Origin: a virus
Lineage: Duplodnaviria > Heunggongvirae > Uroviricota > Caudoviricetes
Length of the DNA stretch: 23,585 nucleotides
Strand: one strand, 5' to 3'
IMG/VR virus record: IMGVR_UViG_2565956613_000007
Shown: in pieces, positions 20,818 through 23,585 of the stretch
Numbering within the stretch: position 1 is the stretch's first letter
How the letters are laid out: each line of letters begins with the position of its first letter
Program-made: the position numbers and the translations under genes
Notes under the pieces: model-generated
What the model was told of the DNA's origin: nothing
The model's input: only the letters and a program-made list of their open reading frames with translations
Database searches by the model: none

Positions 20818-21258
20818 ATGGCCACACTATCTGATACAATAAAACCGAATAAAACATATCTTGAGGCGGTACTCCGTACAGCGTTGTTAGGAAAGACAGA
20901 AGACGAATACGTTGATTTCTTCCTGTCAGGGCTACGCGGGCGATTACTGAAAAATCCCCGCCTGTACCGCAGCTATGGTCCATACTGGCCGGAAATTAAA
21001 AAATTATTACTGGAGCGCGGTTATGGTAATTTCGGTCGTCTCGTTGACCGTGACGTTCGCAAAATTTACCGTTATGACCGCCCGGCGCTGACGCTCATAG
21101 CTGCGACGCTCTACAGCCAGGAGCGTTTTGATAATGGTCAGATATACTCAGCCTGGCATTTACTGCCAGTGCCTGAAGAGGTTGACGACCAGGACTATGA
21201 GTTTGAGTCTTACGATTTGGAAGTTGAAGCCTTAGCACAGGCTGGAGAGAAAACTTGA
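20818..21258 (+). CDS. ulx: Ulx-like protein (146 aa)
   Basis: Position directly downstream of darB on the same strand and upstream of an 82-aa ORF matches P1 darB-ulx-lxc as I recall it. No motif recognised. Confidence 0.5.
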   Translation: MATLSDTIKPNKTYLEAVLRTALLGKTEDEYVDFFLSGLRGRLLKNPRLYRSYGPYWPEIKKLLLERGYGNFGRLVDRDVRKIYRYDRPALTLIAATLYSQERFDNGQIYSAWHLLPVPEEVDDQDYEFESYDLEVEALAQAGEKT

Positions 21259-21503
21259 AAAAGCGATACTACACAGTAAAGCATGGGACGCTACGAGCAT
21301 TACAAGAGTTTGCTGACAAGCATAACGTTGAGGTGCGCAGGGAAGGGGGAAGTAAAGCTCTGCGCATGTACCGTCCGGACGGGAAATGGCGTACGGTCGT
21401 CGATTTCAAAACTAACAGCGTTCCCCAGGGCGTCCGCGATCGGGCATTCGAAGAATGGGAGCAGATCATCATAGATAACGCATTGCTTCTGAATGCTGAT
21501 TGA
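21255..21503 (+). CDS. lxc: Lxc/Bof-like small protein (82 aa), putative C1 co-repressor
   Basis: Apparent TTG start overlapping the ulx stop (TTGA), with GGAGAG 5 nt upstream. The 82-aa length and the position after ulx match my memory of P1 lxc (bof). Symbol by synteny. Confidence 0.5.
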   Translation: MKKRYYTVKHGTLRALQEFADKHNVEVRREGGSKALRMYRPDGKWRTVVDFKTNSVPQGVRDRAFEEWEQIIIDNALLLNAD

Positions 21504-21564
21504 TTTCTTATTAGGCCACTTTATTTTTTAGAGTGGCCTAAATTACTTATAATTAGGATGTGAT

Positions 21565-22515
21565 ATGAATGTTTTTATTGATACAAATCTATATTTAGAA
21601 TTTTATCGAATGGGTAAGGATAAACTAGATGAGCTAGATAAAGTATTTGCCTTACATCAATATGGTCGTTTAAAACTTTGGTTGCCAGAACTTTTAGTGA
21701 ATGAGTTCTGGAGAAATCGTTCTAAAGTTCTCTCTGAAACCATAAAGGAAATTGCAAAAGACTACAAGCCCGCGCTACCACAGATTTTCAGACAGCATGA
21801 AAAACATTCACTATTTAATGATAAGGTTATAGAAGCTAGTCGGCTAAAGAATGAAATTATTACCGATATACAGAACTTATTTAAAGAAGAGTCTTTAGCT
21901 GCCGATGTTGTAATTAAAAGGATTTTTGATGCAGCGTCTAAGATAGAGGCTGATGATGAAACAATAGAAAAGGGGAAACGCCGATTCGATCTTGGCAACC
22001 CTCCGGGTAAAAATAAATCATATGGTGATGCAGTCAATTGGGAGTGTTTGCTAAAAGCGATACCAAACGGAGAGGATATATACATTATAACTGAAGATGG
22101 TGATTATAAAAGTGCCTTTATAAAGGATGATATGAATGAGTATTTGAAGTACGAGTGGAAAAAGAAGAAAGATTCAGAACCACATATCTATGCCCGCTTA
22201 TCAGAGTTTATAGGCGAGCACTTTCCTCAAGCCAGTAACTTAGCGGAAATGGAAGTTAATTTCACTATAGATGAATTACGCCGCTCAGGCAGTTTTGCCA
22301 CAACACATCGAGTTGTAGCAAAGTTATTAAAATTCAATCATTTTACACAAGAGCAAATCCTAAAAATAATCGATATCTATTTTAATAATGATCAGGTTGG
22401 CTTCATTAAAGATGATGATGATGTAAAACTACTCGCCAGAAGACTAATATCACTTGGTGACGAGGATAAAGATCCTGAAGGGATGCTTGAGCCATTCCGT
22501 GTATTTATTGATTAA
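21565..22515 (+). CDS. PIN-like nuclease-domain protein (316 aa) in an AT-rich acquired cassette; candidate defence/abortive-infection effector
   Basis: ATG with AGGA 6 nt upstream. N-terminal beta-strand with Asp (MNVFIDTN), then LPELLVNEF, DLGNPPGKNKSYGDAVNW and IYIITEDGDY, a spacing of acidic residues typical of PIN-like folds. Codon usage and base composition are visibly AT-rich, unlike the flanking genes. Confidence 0.7.
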   Translation: MNVFIDTNLYLEFYRMGKDKLDELDKVFALHQYGRLKLWLPELLVNEFWRNRSKVLSETIKEIAKDYKPALPQIFRQHEKHSLFNDKVIEASRLKNEIITDIQNLFKEESLAADVVIKRIFDAASKIEADDETIEKGKRRFDLGNPPGKNKSYGDAVNWECLLKAIPNGEDIYIITEDGDYKSAFIKDDMNEYLKYEWKKKKDSEPHIYARLSEFIGEHFPQASNLAEMEVNFTIDELRRSGSFATTHRVVAKLLKFNHFTQEQILKIIDIYFNNDQVGFIKDDDDVKLLARRLISLGDEDKDPEGMLEPFRVFID

Positions 22516-22557
22516 TTAATGTAATGGGCGTGGGCGCATAGTTAGCGCCCAAGAAGT

Positions 22558-23199
22558 TTAAAGATAATTATCTCTGCCGGTTAATGAACCTTGAGGCACT
22601 TTCCGTGCGGTCATTTCATGAGTAGCTTGAATTATATTCACAAGGGAGCTTAGTAACGAAGGTTCTTGGCGGGTATCAATTTCTCCAGCCATTGCCCTGA
22701 TGTAGTCGGAGCTTGCAACGTTGTTGTATTCCGTTGCGAAGCAGCATAACAACGTCAGAACGTGCTCTGTCGTTATTTCGCTCCAGTTGATGTTGAAAAA
22801 TTCATCGCCTTTTTTGTCATGTTCGGAATCGAAGATGCTTTGGTGGAGGATGTATTTGCCGGATTCTTTGCGCGGTAACTTGATCGCTTTCTGGCGTTCC
22901 AGCTCCTTGTAAATCTGCATTGCTTCAATCAGTACCGGCCTGCCGTTCATGAAGGGATCGCGCAACCTTACACGCTGGCCAACTCGACCAGTAATAAAGC
23001 TGTTTTCCTCTTCCACCAGCACGATAAAACCCTTTTCCTCTTTTTCTCGCAATTCGCGCAGCAGCTGGAGTTCCATGTCGCGGCGGCGTTCAGGGTAGCT
23101 GGTACGCTCAGCCATTATCAGCTCGTTGTTGATCCATGCAGCAGTCATTGACGCCGGTTTGCCGACGCTCATCGAAACAACGCATATTTTCTTATCCAT
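22558..23199 (-). CDS. Hypothetical protein (213 aa from the preferred start)
   Basis: Preferred start ATG at 23199 with SD AGGGGG; the track start at 23346 lacks signals and would lie upstream of the putative promoter element. Glu/Arg-rich helical segment ELQLLRELREKEEKG. Convergent with the PIN-like gene. Balanced G+C, so probably a phage backbone gene. Confidence 0.55.
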   Translation of the reverse strand: MDKKICVVSMSVGKPASMTAAWINNELIMAERTSYPERRRDMELQLLRELREKEEKGFIVLVEEENSFITGRVGQRVRLRDPFMNGRPVLIEAMQIYKELERQKAIKLPRKESGKYILHQSIFDSEHDKKGDEFFNINWSEITTEHVLTLLCCFATEYNNVASSDYIRAMAGEIDTRQEPSLLSSLVNIIQATHEMTARKVPQGSLTGRDNYL

Positions 23200-23330
23200 A
23201 GCGCCCCCTACAAAAAAGAAAAGCCACCAGCGGCGGCTTAGCAATACAACAGAAGGTAGCGCCCGGTACTCAGACTGTGCCGTCCATGGAATATTTGAAA
23301 AGGGATCCATCCGTACCGGGCGTGTGATGA

Positions 23331-23350
23331 TTCTGACTGAAGTCACTTGT
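23331..23350 (-). promoter_or_regulatory. Putative late-promoter element (ACAAGTGA core) upstream of the 22558..23199 gene
   Basis: Seen in sequence: the minus strand reads TTGACAactgACAAGTGActtcagTCAGAA, about 130 to 150 nt upstream of the ATG at 23199. Confidence 0.35.
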
Positions 23351-23459
23351 CAGTTGTCAATTATTTATTATTAAAAATAATATATTTATTAGTGCATACA
23401 AATAAGGCACTAAGTGTGCACATTGCAACCTCAGAGAGGAAACATTCAACTAGATTGTT

Positions 23460-23476
23460 GTTGCTCTAATAAATTT
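23460..23476 (+). promoter_or_regulatory. C1 repressor operator-like 17-mer (16 of 17 match to ATTGCTCTAATAAATTT)
   Basis: Seen in sequence: gTTGCTCTAATAAATTT in the AT-rich region at the right end of the window, presumably controlling a gene beyond the window edge or the divergent region. Confidence 0.5.
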
Positions 23477-23585
23477 GATTTATTGAAACAAATAAACTAC
23501 TATTGGACGCCAGACTATTGATCTTCCTGTTGTTCAGGCTTATAGTTCCTACGTCGTAGCAAATTCTGCGACCGGGTTTAGCAGC

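Noticed and set aside
14337-20825. Numerous short ORFs on either strand within darB
   Set aside because: All lie inside the single 2255-codon darB reading frame, which carries coherent methyltransferase and helicase motifs.
21512-21553. Hairpin TAGGCCACT-loop-AGTGGCCTA plus a TATAAT hexamer upstream of the PIN-like gene, considered as terminator and -10 promoter element
   Set aside because: The stem is not followed by a U-tract on either strand, so it is not a convincing intrinsic terminator. The TATAAT is only about 11 nt from the start codon, which would exclude the SD from the transcript. It may instead be an operator or RNA-stability element.
22532-22550. GGGCGC-atagtta-GCGCCC stem-loop between the convergent PIN-like gene and the 213-aa gene, considered as bidirectional terminator
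   Set aside because: No clear U-tract on either strand; it may function weakly, but this cannot be asserted from sequence alone.
23200-23346. Long form of the minus-strand gene starting at 23346
   Set aside because: No SD; the start would lie upstream of the putative promoter element at 23331..23350; the internal ATG at 23199 has a strong AGGGGG SD.
23389-23422. Inverted repeat TTAGTGC..GCACTAA and palindrome TGTGCACA in the AT-rich right-end region
   Set aside because: Plausible operator-like dyads, but in AT-rich DNA short palindromes are common and I recognise no specific binding-site consensus.

Overview
The window reads as a contiguous segment of a P1-like temperate phage or plasmid-prophage of an enterobacterial host. 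Gene names are assigned from protein motifs plus my recollection of the P1 gene order; no database search was run. Left to right: the edge of the invertible tail-fibre C segment with a hix/gix/cix-type crossover site and a Cin-type serine invertase; a holin/antiholin pair (lydA, lydB); the Dar antirestriction operon (hdf, darA, ddrA, ddrB) plus a small acidic ORF; an early operon on the minus strand (ssb, a 60-codon basic ORF, a 225-aa protein with a DUF2829/Tad2-like C-terminus, a 262-aa unknown); the SAR endolysin lyz; head protease pro and portal prt; the giant darB (2255 aa, methyltransferase plus SF2 helicase motifs) followed by ulx and lxc. Where I recall P1 carrying the EcoP1I type III res-mod genes, there is instead a short, visibly AT-rich cassette (about 21504..22557) with one 316-aa PIN-like protein; this is my lead candidate for an undescribed defence gene. 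Other observations: two near-consensus C1 operator 17-mers, a recurring TAACAAGTGA promoter-region element, RNA hairpins placed around ribosome-binding sites, and at least 11 Chi octamers. No IS1, tRNA, rRNA or CRISPR array was seen.
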